Source: Candidatus Daviesbacteria bacterium
GTDB taxonomy: Bacteria > Patescibacteriota > Microgenomatia > Daviesbacterales > UBA10151
NCBI GenBank assembly: GCA_030648435.1
Contig: JAUSHE010000024.1
Location: forward strand, 1-63,698
Reading direction: 5' to 3'
Length of the DNA: 63,698 nt
Below, in pieces: positions 44,263 to 52,863 of the stretch (position 1 is its first letter; each line of letters begins with the position of its first letter). A program made the translations under genes and the position numbers. Below the pieces are notes generated by a model. That model was not told the origin of the DNA. It ran no database searches and was given only the letters and a program-made list of their open reading frames with translations.

Positions 44263-46080
44263 CTAATTTAGCCAATCCTTGTCATCTTTGTAAGCAGTAT
44301 TACTTGTCACCAATTCCTGGGGAATATCTGCTAAAAATCTGGAAACCAAATTATTACTTCTGGTACCAAAGTACAATCTTTGTCTGGCATAAGTCAAAAA
44401 AAGTTTAATCTTTGCTCTGGTAATTCCGACATAACATAATCTTCTTTCTTCTTCCAGTTCGTTAACATCCAGCATGGCCCTGGAATGCGGGAATAAACCT
44501 TCTTCCATGCCAACCATAAACACAACGGGAAACTCTAGTCCTTTTGCAGAATGTAAAGTCATTAGAGTAACTGCATCCTGTGGTTCGCGTTTTTGGCCGC
44601 GCATACTGCCACTTTCGACCAGAGCGACATTTTCTAAAAAGTCTATTAAATTTGGAAATTCTTCTGCAACCGAACGGAGTTCTTTGACATTTTCAACCCG
44701 CATTTTGCCTTCTTCGCTCCTGTCGTCAAGATAAGCCAAATAATCTGTCCGGGCGAGAATCAAATCCAGTAGATCCATGGTTAGATATTTATCCTGTTGT
44801 AAGGATACTTCCTGATAAAGCCCCATAATCTTAAGAAGGCGACCTTTGCCGATTTTTTCAGCCCGTTTTAGAGAAACCGAATCTTTGGGGTTTTGTAATA
44901 ATCTTAGGTACGAAAGGACATCTTTAATTTCTTTTCTTTGATAGAAACTAACACCGCCAATTAATTTATAAGGAATACCGGATTTTAAAAATTGTTCCTC
45001 TAAGGACCTTGATTGGGCATTAGTTCTGAAAAGAACGGCAAAATCAGAAAAAGGTTTGCTGATTTTTGAGAGAATTAATAAAGCTTCTTCTATTTCATTT
45101 CCGACTTCTGTAATTTCTATTTTTTCACCGCTTTCTTTTTCTGTCCAGAGTTTTAAAACGGGGTGAGATTTGTTTTTGGAAATAACGGCATGAGCCGTAT
45201 CTAAAATATTTTGAGTAGAACGGTAATTTTGTTCCAAATTAAAAACTTTTGTTCCGGGATAATCTTTTTGGAAATTTACTATATTTCTAAAATCAGCTCC
45301 CCTGAAGGAATATATCGATTGGCTGGCATCGCCCACAACGCAGATATTTTTATGACGGTTGCTTAAGTATTTTGAAATTAAGTATTGAGCGGGGTTAGTA
45401 TCCTGGTATTCGTCTATTAAAATATATCGGTACTGAATCTGATAACGGGTTAAAATGGCAGGTTCCCTTTGAAATAATTTAATAACATATAAAAGCAGGT
45501 CGTCAAAATCCAGAGCATGATTATGCTCCAAAATCTTTTGATATTCTATATAAATTTTGGCAACGATTTCCTGAAAATAACCCCGAGCATATTGGGGATA
45601 TTCCAGTGAAGAAATGAGCTCGTTTTTAGCGCCTGATATAGTAGCCCTGACGGAGTAAGGTTTGGTTTTTTCTGTGGGGATATTAAGATTTGCCATAGCT
45701 TCTTTGATAGCATCTAAGGAGTCTCCCTCATCATAAATTGCAAACCCGGGAGGCAAACCTAAAACTTTTCCCTCACGGCGGAGGATTTTGGCACAAAATG
45801 AATGGAAAGTTCCCATCATAGGAGTAGTTGGTAGTTTGTAGTTTGTAGTTTGTAGTAATTTGTTAATCCGCTCTATCATTTCACCGGCTGCTTTATTTGT
45901 AAAGGTCAGACAAAGGATATTTTCCGGCAGAATACTTTTTTCTTTAATCAGGTAAGCTACTTTATAAGTCAAAACCCGGGTTTTTCCGGAACCGGCCCCA
46001 GCTAAAATTAAGGTCGGACCTTCAGTTACCTGAACAGCTTTTTGCTGTGTGGGATTTAGATCATCTAAAAGAGGGGGCAT
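44263..46080 (-). CDS. pcrA: UvrD/PcrA-family DNA helicase (short)
   Basis: AGAGSGKTRVL, IDEYQDTN, TLHSAKGLEF, CYVGITRAK. Confidence 0.85.
   Translation of the reverse strand: MPPLLDDLNPTQQKAVQVTEGPTLILAGAGSGKTRVLTYKVAYLIKEKSILPENILCLTFTNKAAGEMIERINKLLQTTNYKLPTTPMMGTFHSFCAKILRREGKVLGLPPGFAIYDEGDSLDAIKEAMANLNIPTEKTKPYSVRATISGAKNELISSLEYPQYARGYFQEIVAKIYIEYQKILEHNHALDFDDLLLYVIKLFQREPAILTRYQIQYRYILIDEYQDTNPAQYLISKYLSNRHKNICVVGDASQSIYSFRGADFRNIVNFQKDYPGTKVFNLEQNYRSTQNILDTAHAVISKNKSHPVLKLWTEKESGEKIEITEVGNEIEEALLILSKISKPFSDFAVLFRTNAQSRSLEEQFLKSGIPYKLIGGVSFYQRKEIKDVLSYLRLLQNPKDSVSLKRAEKIGKGRLLKIMGLYQEVSLQQDKYLTMDLLDLILARTDYLAYLDDRSEEGKMRVENVKELRSVAEEFPNLIDFLENVALVESGSMRGQKREPQDAVTLMTLHSAKGLEFPVVFMVGMEEGLFPHSRAMLDVNELEEERRLCYVGITRAKIKLFLTYARQRLYFGTRSNNLVSRFLADIPQELVTSNTAYKDDKDWLN
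45824..45858. repeat. heptamer tandem patch inside pcrA/uvrD
   Basis: GTAGTTG GTAGTTT GTAGTTT GTAGTTT GTAGTAA, translated (minus strand) TTNYKLPTT. Confidence 0.9.
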
Positions 46081-46116
46081 GTGGGATATATTAGCACAAG
46101 TTATTTATAGGGGAAA

Positions 46117-46548
46117 TTAGATAATAAACTTAGGTAGATGATAATGGGGATCAGTCCAACCGATTGTACGGACTGCGGTTTGCACCAATACATTGTATAC
46201 AGCTTTAGTATTAGGGCCGAATACATCTCCATCCTGTTGAATAATATTATATGCTGATCGGAAGTTATCTTCAGACTCATGCAATCTACTGCTCATAGAA
46301 TGACCATTTACACCATAAACTTCTCTGAGTGCTGCTAATAACTTCGTTGTTAGACACACCCTTACGAATGTTCTCTTTATTTCGGAATCATCTTTTCCTG
46401 TGAGATCTCTTTTTACTAGTGTGCTGAATAAAGCCTGAAATTTACCTTCTACAACTGGTTCATTCTTACTTGGATCAATGTGCACTAGTAGAGGAATTAT
46501 CTCGACAACCCTTTGTTCGGCTTCAGCAATAAGCTGTTTATCATTCAA
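46117..46548 (-). CDS. hypothetical protein (143 aa)
   Basis: Clean ORF with no motif I recognise. Divergent from the Bro-N gene. Confidence 0.4.
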   Translation of the reverse strand: MNDKQLIAEAEQRVVEIIPLLVHIDPSKNEPVVEGKFQALFSTLVKRDLTGKDDSEIKRTFVRVCLTTKLLAALREVYGVNGHSMSSRLHESEDNFRSAYNIIQQDGDVFGPNTKAVYNVLVQTAVRTIGWTDPHYHLPKFII

Positions 46549-46676
46549 TCCATTAATTCTTTTGTCCTATCATCCATGAATTGATATTAACATATTTTAT
46601 AAGCATCATTGGATAAGCCCTTTCTCACCTGGGGGATGATTCAATAGGACGCCCGGGGTTTTTAGAATCTCCGGTC

Positions 46677-46705
46677 TTGACTTCGGGTTAAATTAGGAAT
46701 AATGT
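46677..46705 (+). promoter_or_regulatory. promoter of Bro-N paralogue 1 (leaderless geometry)
   Basis: TTGACT-N17-TAATGT-N6-ATG. Confidence 0.6.
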
Positions 46706-46711
46706 AAATTA

Positions 46712-47557
46712 ATGGCTACAAAATTGGCTATTTTTGAAGACAAAGAGATCCGCCGTCACTGGAATAAGAAACAAGAAAAATGGTATTTTTCGGTAGTGAA
46801 TATTATTCAAATATTAATTGATCAGTCAGATTATCAAAAAGCCAGAAAATATTGGAATAAGCTTGCTGAAAGACTACGCAAGGAAGGTAGTGAGTCGGTG
46901 ACAAAATGTCACCAGCTGAAATTAGAAGCTGCCGATGGAAAAAAATATCTCACAGATGTTGCAGATATTGAAACATTATTCCGCATAATTCAGTCCGTGC
47001 CAAGCCCTAAAGCCGAACCCCTTAAGCTCTGGTTGGCCAGAGTAGGATACGAGAGATTGCAGGAAATAGCTGATCCTGAAAAATCTATTAACAGAGGACG
47101 GAAAAATTGGGAAAGAATGGGCAGAAGTGGAAAGTGGATTCAGCAAAGAATGATGGGGCAGGAAATCCGCAACAAACTTACCGACTATTGGAAAAGCCAT
47201 GATGTAAAAAAACAAGACGAATATGCAATTCTGACAAATATTATTCATGAAGAATGGAGCGGTTTATCAGTAAAGAAGCATAAAAACCTAAAAGGATTAA
47301 AAACCGAAAATTTGCGGGATCATATGAGCGACGCGGAACTTGTCTTTACTGCCTTGGCAGAACTTTCCACCCGGCAAATTGCAGAGGTAGAGCAAACAAA
47401 GGGATTAGAAGAAAACAAGATTCCGGCCAAAAAAGGCGGACGGATTGCTAAGAATGCCAGGTTAGAATTGGAACAAAAAACCAGTAAGAAAGTTGTTTCC
47501 AGAGAAAATTTTAAGTTACCGGGAAAAAATACACCTTTAACTCTGGACAACTTGTAA
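46712..47557 (+). CDS. Bro-N-domain / DinD-like (DNA-damage-inducible protein D family) protein
   Basis: FEDKEIRRHWNKKQEKWYFSVVNIIQIL...SPKAEPLKLWLARVGYERLQE. Paralogue of 58636-59475. Confidence 0.7.
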   Translation: MATKLAIFEDKEIRRHWNKKQEKWYFSVVNIIQILIDQSDYQKARKYWNKLAERLRKEGSESVTKCHQLKLEAADGKKYLTDVADIETLFRIIQSVPSPKAEPLKLWLARVGYERLQEIADPEKSINRGRKNWERMGRSGKWIQQRMMGQEIRNKLTDYWKSHDVKKQDEYAILTNIIHEEWSGLSVKKHKNLKGLKTENLRDHMSDAELVFTALAELSTRQIAEVEQTKGLEENKIPAKKGGRIAKNARLELEQKTSKKVVSRENFKLPGKNTPLTLDNL

Positions 47558-47582
47558 AAGTATTGTTAATATCATAATCCTT

Positions 47583-47840
47583 ATGGTTAAACTCTTAGAT
47601 TTTTGGGCGCCGTGGTGTTTCCCATGCAAGACCATGACCCCTATTATTGAAGAATTAAAAAAGGAGTTAGACGGCAAGGTTGAGGTAGAAGAGATCAATG
47701 TTGATGAAAACCAAGACAAGGCATCAAAATATGGGGTGATGAGTATACCTACCTATATTGTTTTAAAAGACGGAAAAGAGGCCGGTAGGAAAATTGGCGT
47801 TACTTCTAAAGAAGACCTGCTTAACATGATAAACTTATGA
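47583..47840 (+). CDS. trxA: thioredoxin (85 aa, CFPC active site)
   Basis: DFWAPWCFPCK, MSIPT. Confidence 0.85.
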   Translation: MVKLLDFWAPWCFPCKTMTPIIEELKKELDGKVEVEEINVDENQDKASKYGVMSIPTYIVLKDGKEAGRKIGVTSKEDLLNMINL

Positions 47841-47844
47841 AAGT

Positions 47845-48504
47845 ATGTGGATTATTGCCAATTGGAAATCTAATAAAACTATAGCTGAAGCGCTGGATTG
47901 GATATCTCAGATTGGTCCGCAAATTCCTAAGTCAGAAAAATTAAGAGTAATAGTTTGTCCGACTTTTGATGCTTTATCAGAAGTAAAAAAAGCAATTATA
48001 GTAGGTAATTTCCCGCTTCTTGTGGGGGCACAGGATTTATCACCGTTTGGGACAGGTGCCTATACCGGAGAAGAGCCGGTGCAAACTTTAAGCCAATTCA
48101 TTGATTTTGTAATTGTAGGCCATAGTGAGCGAAGACAGAATTTTGGAGAAACAGACGAAATGATTGCAAAGAAAGTAGTACAGGCGCTGGACAATAATAT
48201 TACCCCGCTGGTCTGTGTTCAGGATGAGAATACCCCGGTACCGGAAGGATGTAAACTGGTAGTTTTCGAGCCTGTTTTCGCGATAGGAACAGGAAATCCA
48301 GATACACCTGAGAATGCTGATGAAATAGCAAAAAAACTTAAAGAAAAATATGGTGACGGCTTAGAAGTATTATACGGGGGCAGTGTTAATTCGCAAAATG
48401 TAAAAGGATTTATTAGTAAGCCGAATATTAGCGGTGTGCTGGTCGGCAATGCTTCCTTAGATGCGGAGGAGTTTGTTAAAATATGCAAAAATTGCGCCCT
48501 TTAA
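47845..48504 (+). CDS. tpiA: triosephosphate isomerase (short)
   Basis: ANWKSN, VGHSERR, FEPVFAIGTG. Confidence 0.88.
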   Translation: MWIIANWKSNKTIAEALDWISQIGPQIPKSEKLRVIVCPTFDALSEVKKAIIVGNFPLLVGAQDLSPFGTGAYTGEEPVQTLSQFIDFVIVGHSERRQNFGETDEMIAKKVVQALDNNITPLVCVQDENTPVPEGCKLVVFEPVFAIGTGNPDTPENADEIAKKLKEKYGDGLEVLYGGSVNSQNVKGFISKPNISGVLVGNASLDAEEFVKICKNCAL

Positions 48505-49664
48505 GATTGCGGAGAAGCGGAAAAAATACTTTCAAGAAACTTTTGCCGTTTCTAGTAAGCGCAGGTGTTTTAATTTTACTTGCTTTATTTATTATTACCC
48601 GCTCGGGGGCAAGTTCTTATGTAAATTCAATAATTTCCGGAATCTCGCTTCGCTCCAGCGATAACAGGGTAAATATTTTACTTTTAGGAATAGCCGGGGG
48701 CACTCATGATGGTACCAATCTGACAGATACGATTATGATTGCTTCGTATGATTTAACAACAAAAGATATGGTACTTTTTTCCGTACCGCGCGATTTATGG
48801 CTGCCGTCTTTAAAGAACAAAGCAAATGCCGCATATGAAATAGGTCTTTTACAGGGGAATGGTTTAGGGCTTGCGAAAACAGTAATTGGGAATATTTTAG
48901 GACTACCTATTCATTATGGTTTGCGGGTGGATTTTAGAGGTTTTGTTGCTGTCATTGATGCCATAAACGGAATAGAAATAGAAGTAGAAAAGCCTTTTGA
49001 TGATTATCTTTATCCAATACAGGGCAAAGAAAATGACCTTTGCGGAAATACGGAAAAAGAGATGGATTTTAACGAAGAAGATGCAAAAAAGTTGAATATA
49101 GACCCGGGCAGGAAAAAAGTTTTAATTACAGCCGAGGGGCAGATTGCAACTGATTCGGCGGAGGAGAATAAAGGGATAAAGTATTTTTCCTGCAGATATG
49201 AACATATCGGATTTGAAAAAGGTAAAATGCAAATGAGCGGAGCTGTGGCTTTGGCATTTGTGAGATCCAGGCATGGTACAAACGGTGAAGGGTCGGATTT
49301 TGCCAGATCAAAAAGACAGCAAAAAGTAATTGAAGGAGTAAGAAACAAATTGTTGTCACTCCAAACCTTGGCCAACCCGCAAAAAGTTACGGAACTGATT
49401 AATATTTTAGGTAAAAGCATAGATACCGATATATCTATCAAGGAAATGATAGAATTTTATAAATTATCCAAACAGTTGGATAAACTTAAGAATTTTGTCC
49501 TGGATGATTCCCTGTTAATACATCCTCCGTCTTCGGATTATGGAGGGGCTTATGTTTTGGTTTCACAGGATGATGACTTTTCTATTGTGCAGGAATATGT
49601 TAGAAAGGTGCTGACAGGAGAAATAACCGAATATGAAGCCACTGCTTCTGCACGGACCCGCTAA
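48483..49664 (+). CDS. LytR-CpsA-Psr (LCP) family cell-wall polymer transferase
   Basis: TM anchor; NILLLGIAGG...TDTIMIAS...SVPRDLW; RSRHG. Confidence 0.8.
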   Translation: MQKLRPLRLRRSGKNTFKKLLPFLVSAGVLILLALFIITRSGASSYVNSIISGISLRSSDNRVNILLLGIAGGTHDGTNLTDTIMIASYDLTTKDMVLFSVPRDLWLPSLKNKANAAYEIGLLQGNGLGLAKTVIGNILGLPIHYGLRVDFRGFVAVIDAINGIEIEVEKPFDDYLYPIQGKENDLCGNTEKEMDFNEEDAKKLNIDPGRKKVLITAEGQIATDSAEENKGIKYFSCRYEHIGFEKGKMQMSGAVALAFVRSRHGTNGEGSDFARSKRQQKVIEGVRNKLLSLQTLANPQKVTELINILGKSIDTDISIKEMIEFYKLSKQLDKLKNFVLDDSLLIHPPSSDYGGAYVLVSQDDDFSIVQEYVRKVLTGEITEYEATASARTR

Positions 49665-50310
49665 AGCTGCTTCTAGAATTAAGCTTCTAGAATTAAAACA
49701 GAAATTTTCCGCCAAAGGCGGACCATCCTTTGGATGGAATCCTAATAATATAGTGGTTCTTGAAGAAGGGACTGATTTGAAAATCATTAAAGAAACCTTA
49801 AGTGCGCAATCGCTTTTTTCGGATGAACAGTTAATTATTCTGGAAAACCCTCCTGAAGACTTTTTTGACTATGAACTACGAACTGTGAACTATGAACTAA
49901 TATTGTGGTTTGATCATAAAGTCGACCCAAAGGACTGGCATGGTTTTGAAGAGTTATTTTTTCCTGAGAGCAAAGAAGTTTCGGTCTTTCCGTTTTTAGA
50001 TTTATTGGCAGCTAAAGATACAAAAGCGTATTTGGAGTTTTATAAATTAAAAAATGCAGGTTTTGATATTTACTACTTATTAACAATGATTTTTTATCTA
50101 CTGAGGTCTTTGGCGGTAACGCCTAAAAAAGCTCCTGATTTTGTAAAAAAGAAATTAGACAGACAAAGAGCAAATTTTTCTAAAGAAAAAATAACCGACC
50201 TTTATAAAAATATGCTGGAAATTGATTTTAAAATCAAATCAGGTTTTCTGGAAAAGGATCATGCAGAATTTTTACTGGTTAATAAGTTTATTGGGAGCCT
50301 AGGGTTTTGA
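49633..50310 (+). CDS. holA: DNA polymerase III delta-subunit-like protein (short)
   Basis: N-terminal LLLHGP and C-terminal LEIDFKIKSG resemble HolA. Weak call. Confidence 0.4.
   Translation: MKPLLLHGPAKAASRIKLLELKQKFSAKGGPSFGWNPNNIVVLEEGTDLKIIKETLSAQSLFSDEQLIILENPPEDFFDYELRTVNYELILWFDHKVDPKDWHGFEELFFPESKEVSVFPFLDLLAAKDTKAYLEFYKLKNAGFDIYYLLTMIFYLLRSLAVTPKKAPDFVKKKLDRQRANFSKEKITDLYKNMLEIDFKIKSGFLEKDHAEFLLVNKFIGSLGF
49869..49903. repeat. heptamer patch inside the holA-like gene
   Basis: CTATGAA CTACGAA CTGTGAA CTATGAA CTAATAT, translated YELRTVNYEL. Confidence 0.85.
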
Positions 50311-51196
50311 GTTTTTGGGACATCAGATCCAAATCTTTCTGGTCCACTTTTCCGTCGCTATTTAGATCTATGTTAGGATCTTTAGGTTTTTTCCCGAAAT
50401 TTTGCAGGATGACGGCATTATCAGCAGCATTGATTTTCCCGTCACCGTTTAAATCGTATTGGGGAGTTTCTTCCGGAGCAGTCAGATCTGTATTCTGACC
50501 TAATTTTATAGGAGGAAGTGGCGGCATGTTAGCTTTTAGGTAAAACTGAATACCTGACTCTCCTTTACTGGAGCGGACGGTTAGCTTGGCAGGCATGTTA
50601 TCTGTTAGAGAAAATGCACCTGAAAGATCATCTTTGGCAATTTGTGACACAGGAATCAGAAAGTTTCCACCTTTTTTTATTAAAGCGGATTGTATTGTTG
50701 CTCCTGTAAAAGATAGATAAATAATGCCTTCGTCCAAGGGTGAATTGCCAGTTGATACAGACCCAATAACAGGGGTAAATTCATTTTGATTTGTCAGCGG
50801 TGCTGATGTTTCAAATTGTAGTGTTTCAGAAGTGTTCTTACCCGAAATAATACTAAATTGATATTTGGTTTTCGGGAGAAGTTTTTTAATTGTGACATAA
50901 TGAATTAAGTGAGGTTTTGGGGTTGTATCGCGGTCGTCTAAAATTGTTTGTTGCTGCAAACTGTTTGGGGAAAATGAAACAAAGGAAAAAACTGTGGAAT
51001 TTGTCTCCCATGAAACTACAGCTGAAGAATCGGTAATATTTGAAATTGTGATATTTTGAGGGATTAAATCAGGAGCCGCTTTTGAAAGAAATACTTGTTC
51101 CCGCAAAACCAAAAAAACCCCGCTGGCAAGCCCAAAAAAGATTAAACCCAATCCAAGTACGGTAGGTATTTTAAATTTATTGAGGATATTTTTCAT
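50288..51196 (-). CDS. TM-anchored FN3-like + dockerin-like (EF-hand repeat) protein
   Basis: ITISNITDSSAVVSWETN...YQFSIISG. DLNGDGKINAADNAVIL...DLNSDGKVDQKDLDLM. Confidence 0.55.
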   Translation of the reverse strand: MKNILNKFKIPTVLGLGLIFFGLASGVFLVLREQVFLSKAAPDLIPQNITISNITDSSAVVSWETNSTVFSFVSFSPNSLQQQTILDDRDTTPKPHLIHYVTIKKLLPKTKYQFSIISGKNTSETLQFETSAPLTNQNEFTPVIGSVSTGNSPLDEGIIYLSFTGATIQSALIKKGGNFLIPVSQIAKDDLSGAFSLTDNMPAKLTVRSSKGESGIQFYLKANMPPLPPIKLGQNTDLTAPEETPQYDLNGDGKINAADNAVILQNFGKKPKDPNIDLNSDGKVDQKDLDLMSQKLKTLGSQ

Positions 51197-51369
51197 GGTT
51201 GAGACTGAAATATCTGGGTATTAAAATTCGGATTTATCGGTTCAATTATCTCCTGAACTTTTTGCGAAACTTCAACTTTCGCTCCGGCATGCAAAACATC
51301 GAATATCATCCAAGCAACAATTGTTGTCAAAGTTAAGATTGCGGCAATAAGCCATTCTTTTTTAGTCAT
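51193..51369 (-). CDS. 58-aa single-TM protein (not in ORF track)
   Basis: Own translation MTKKEWLIAAILTLTTIVAWMIFDVLHAGAKVEVSQKVQEIIEPINPNFNTQIFQSQP*. ATGA overlaps with both neighbours. Confidence 0.45.
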   Translation of the reverse strand: MTKKEWLIAAILTLTTIVAWMIFDVLHAGAKVEVSQKVQEIIEPINPNFNTQIFQSQP

Positions 51370-51971
51370 TTAAGGTAATATGCCTTTCCGGATACAGACA
51401 TAATTAATGTTGTTCTCTCGCTTGTTTCAGACATTGATAAATTATCAATCGAGATTAACCTACTACTTCTTCTGATATCCTGCAAGAGAGAAACTAAATT
51501 TTGATAATTGCCTTCTGTATTAAAAACAAATGAAACTTCAGAAAGAATTCCTTGCTGATTTGTAGTTTTTGTATCAATAACAAGCGGTTGGATCTGTAAA
51601 GCTGAAACAGACGCTTCATGCATCTTGGCGCTTTGTTCGAGGATTGCAATAATAGATTTTAAATTTAGATTATCAGGTACTGCATCAGTGATTTGCCTCT
51701 TAATATCCTGATTGAGATTATCGTAATTTTTCTTACCCAAAGAAAGATCATTTGCTTTTTGGGTGATTTTTTGCAGAACTTCATTCTGACTTACGAGTTG
51801 TTTTTGTAAAACAAAGATTGTTTCAGTTGTCGGCTTGATGGCGAAGATTGTTAGAATAGACATCGTTAGAAGGGCAAATATAGTTGAACCATAGTATTTG
51901 ATAACCGGTGACTGTGTGAAGGGTTTAATATAGGTAAAATATCTGGAATATAAAGAAGTTTGGCTTTTCAT
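51366..51971 (-). CDS. PilO-like type IV pilus assembly protein
   Basis: N-terminal TM, coiled coil, then ferredoxin-like C-terminal part. Operon with the PilN-like gene. Confidence 0.5.
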   Translation of the reverse strand: MKSQTSLYSRYFTYIKPFTQSPVIKYYGSTIFALLTMSILTIFAIKPTTETIFVLQKQLVSQNEVLQKITQKANDLSLGKKNYDNLNQDIKRQITDAVPDNLNLKSIIAILEQSAKMHEASVSALQIQPLVIDTKTTNQQGILSEVSFVFNTEGNYQNLVSLLQDIRRSSRLISIDNLSMSETSERTTLIMSVSGKAYYLK

Positions 51972-52531
51972 ATTTTTTTCATTAATACGCTAATGGTAAA
52001 TTTAATAATTTCCTGATCAAAACCTATATCGGCAATGGAAACGTTATGCATAGTAGGCTCTTTCTTTAAACCGGTAATAAAACCATTTAAATCAGTATTA
52101 CTTTGGCTTTCTCCGGTTATATCTATTTTATTATCTCCTATATCTTTAACTATTTTAATGTTCGTTATTTTAACATTAGAGGGGGTTTGATCAGCGATTT
52201 TTTTAAAAATTTCCGGCCAGTCAGATGAATCTTTTGTAATATTTTCAATGGTGCTTAATTTAAGTTGGGTATTCCTTATGAGTATCTCATATGGCTTAAG
52301 ACTTTCAATATAAGGGATCTGTTCCTCAATAGCTTCTTTTTTGGAGGCTAAATCCGCATCCAGTTTAAATCTGGTAGCAAATGCGATTAAAACCAAAGCT
52401 TCTACAAAAACAAAAATGAAGCGACCGGAAGATAGTAACCAACGGATAAGTCTAACCAAAAGTTTTTCAGGATTGCTTTGGGGTTTAAGTAAATTTAAAT
52501 TAATCGCAAGAGGATTCTTCTTTTTGGGCAT
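51968..52531 (-). CDS. PilN-like type IV pilus assembly protein
   Basis: INLNLLKPQ N-terminus, TM, coiled coil, typical of the PilN/fimbrial assembly family. Confidence 0.55.
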   Translation of the reverse strand: MPKKKNPLAINLNLLKPQSNPEKLLVRLIRWLLSSGRFIFVFVEALVLIAFATRFKLDADLASKKEAIEEQIPYIESLKPYEILIRNTQLKLSTIENITKDSSDWPEIFKKIADQTPSNVKITNIKIVKDIGDNKIDITGESQSNTDLNGFITGLKKEPTMHNVSIADIGFDQEIIKFTISVLMKKI

Positions 52532-52558
52532 GGATTCATTATACTAAATATATAAATA

Positions 52559-52828
52559 TTATTTTTTAGGAGATTTTTTGACGGGAGCTTTCTTTTCTGT
52601 GACCCCTTTGGATAATCTGGATTTTAATCTGGCAGCTTTGTTGGGGTGGATTAAGTGTACTTTGGCAGCCTTGTCTAAGGCAGAAAAAACAGCTTGTAAG
52701 TCTTTGGCAGATTTGCTGGTTCTTACTTTTTTGATAAGTGACTTGTAGTTAATTTCCCGCTTTTTGTTGCGGGCTGTTCTTACCTTATCTTTTCTAACTT
52801 TTTTAATTGCTGAACGTATAATAGGCAT
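52559..52828 (-). CDS. rpsT: 30S ribosomal protein S20
   Basis: RSAIKKVRKDKVRTARNK...HPNKAARLKSRL. Confidence 0.93.
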   Translation of the reverse strand: MPIIRSAIKKVRKDKVRTARNKKREINYKSLIKKVRTSKSAKDLQAVFSALDKAAKVHLIHPNKAARLKSRLSKGVTEKKAPVKKSPKK

Positions 52829-52863
52829 GTGGGGTATGGTATCATAAATTAGTCTAAAACAAA

